IMG/VR virus record: IMGVR_UViG_3300022879_000002
Span: 32,001 to 96,000 of that record
Source of the DNA: a virus
Strand: one strand, 5' to 3'
Length of the DNA stretch: 64,000 bases
This document shows positions 63,035 to 64,000 of this stretch, in pieces. A program made the translations under genes and the position numbers. The notes beneath the pieces were generated by a model. The model did no database searches. It saw only the letters and a list, made by a program, of their open reading frames with translations, and was not told the origin of the DNA. How positions within the stretch are numbered: position 1 is the first letter of the stretch; the number at the start of each line of letters is the position of its first letter.

Positions 63035-63724
63035 ATGAGTGATAACAAAACTCTGAACAAAATTGTAGCTTCTGTAGTCCTTATATTAGGCGTACTTCTA
63101 TTAGTGTTTGCATTTTTATTTATTAATAAATCAGTAGAAATTGGAACTACATTAGGGATTATAGGCTTAATAATAGGAGCAGTAGCGATAGGATTATTTT
63201 TGAGATTTAATGAGAATAAACCACTATTAATAAAAAGACTTAAAGATGAAATAAAATTTAAATACCAATTAGACGATCTTTTTGTTTCTAATGATTTGAG
63301 TGGAGTTGTTGGGTTTTCAAAAGAAAGAAATACTCTGTACTTAATGACTAGAGCTGATATTTCAACAGGGATAGAAATTTTAGATAATTATTATTTGATT
63401 GACGCTTTTCCATTAGAAAGTATAAATAATGTAAATATTATTGAAAACGATATTGTCATAGTAAACTCAACTGATAAAAATTCAATAGGTAAATCTGTTA
63501 GTGGTGGATTCGGTAATGAAGGAATCCAAAACAAAAAAGTAATATTTAAAGTTCGAATCCAAGCGATAACAAAAGATGTTGTAAAGCCTTCTTCTGATGT
63601 CTTTTTATATAGCAGTAACATTGGACTTAAACGTAATTCAAGTGAACATTTGGAGTTATATAAAACAATAAATGATTTCTTTGATAAAATGAAATTGGTT
63701 ATAAAGAAACAGATGTCTTATTAG
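63035..63724 (+). CDS. Membrane protein (two TM helices plus soluble domain)
   Basis: Hydrophobic residues about 10-57. Confidence 0.7.
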   Translation: MSDNKTLNKIVASVVLILGVLLLVFAFLFINKSVEIGTTLGIIGLIIGAVAIGLFLRFNENKPLLIKRLKDEIKFKYQLDDLFVSNDLSGVVGFSKERNTLYLMTRADISTGIEILDNYYLIDAFPLESINNVNIIENDIVIVNSTDKNSIGKSVSGGFGNEGIQNKKVIFKVRIQAITKDVVKPSSDVFLYSSNIGLKRNSSEHLELYKTINDFFDKMKLVIKKQMSY

Positions 63725-63809
63725 TCATCTCCCCTACTTACCCACTTCTATGTGGGTTTGTTTTGAACATTAACATAATAAATACATATTTTTTAAAGGA
63801 GAATTATAT

Positions 63810-64000
63810 ATGCCAAATAAAATTAATACAGTTGATGCTTCATTCTTTACTCAACGTGCTGAAAACGTTAATCGAAAAGAGTTTTATCATTTTGACAAAG
63901 AAAAAGGACATAGTATTACTTACTATCCTGCATTCTCTAAGTCGAAGAAAGATGAATTGATTGTAGAGTTAATTAATACAATTCAATATTGTAAGATCAA
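63810..64000 (+). CDS. 5' part of a gene running off the window (possible tail assembly chaperone)
   Basis: RBS AAGGAG, ATG 63810, open to the edge (MPNKINTVDASFFTQRAE...). Confidence 0.6.
   Translation, partial: MPNKINTVDASFFTQRAENVNRKEFYHFDKEKGHSITYYPAFSKSKKDELIVELINTIQYCKI

Larger units (their letters stand above)
1..64000. mobile_element. Segment of an SPbeta-like large temperate phage/prophage
   Basis: Gene order yonO-HU-yonK-yonJ-terminase-portal-scaffold-capsid-tail and a yopP/Q/R-like operon match SPbeta organisation; no host housekeeping genes and no att site visible. Confidence 0.92.

Noticed and set aside
314-63960. Many short opposite-strand ORFs in the ORF track (e.g. 314..502, 17912..18241, 35187..35765, 61260..61598)
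   Set aside because: Antisense shadows of real genes, without RBS or recognisable motifs
1-64000. Stop-codon recoding, retron or diversity-generating retroelement
   Set aside because: Genes are intact in the standard code apart from two A-run frameshifts, and no reverse transcriptase is present

Overview
This is an AT-rich 64 kb segment of a large SPbeta-like temperate phage or prophage of a Bacillales host. The Lysinibacillus/Planococcaceae-like host is an inference, and no host housekeeping genes are seen. Transcription diverges at about 32.4-32.8 kb. The left arm (minus strand) carries a sigma factor, a MazE/NdoAI-mimic antitoxin, a Lar protein and a YopP/YopQ/YopR(MrpR)-like repressor operon with no arbitrium genes at the usual position. 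It also carries an SOS-boxed YolD/ligase cassette and about 60 small accessory ORFs. The right arm carries early genes, a YonT-like type I toxin, a putative origin, a YonO single-subunit RNA polymerase, HU, a GIY-YIG endonuclease, and the SPbeta-type head and tail module with a frameshifted YomM-like recombinase. The most striking unexplained structure is an 18-bp inverted-repeat site, ATAAWA-N6-TWTTAT. I read 22 exact and about 10 near-exact copies at gene junctions of the accessory arm, often supplying or abutting the upstream stop codon and dividing it into one-gene cassette-like units. A second, transcription-oriented motif, AAATACATAA, sits 4-7 bp upstream of the -35 of about ten sigmaA-type promoters. 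All family assignments are by-eye recognition, not database searches.
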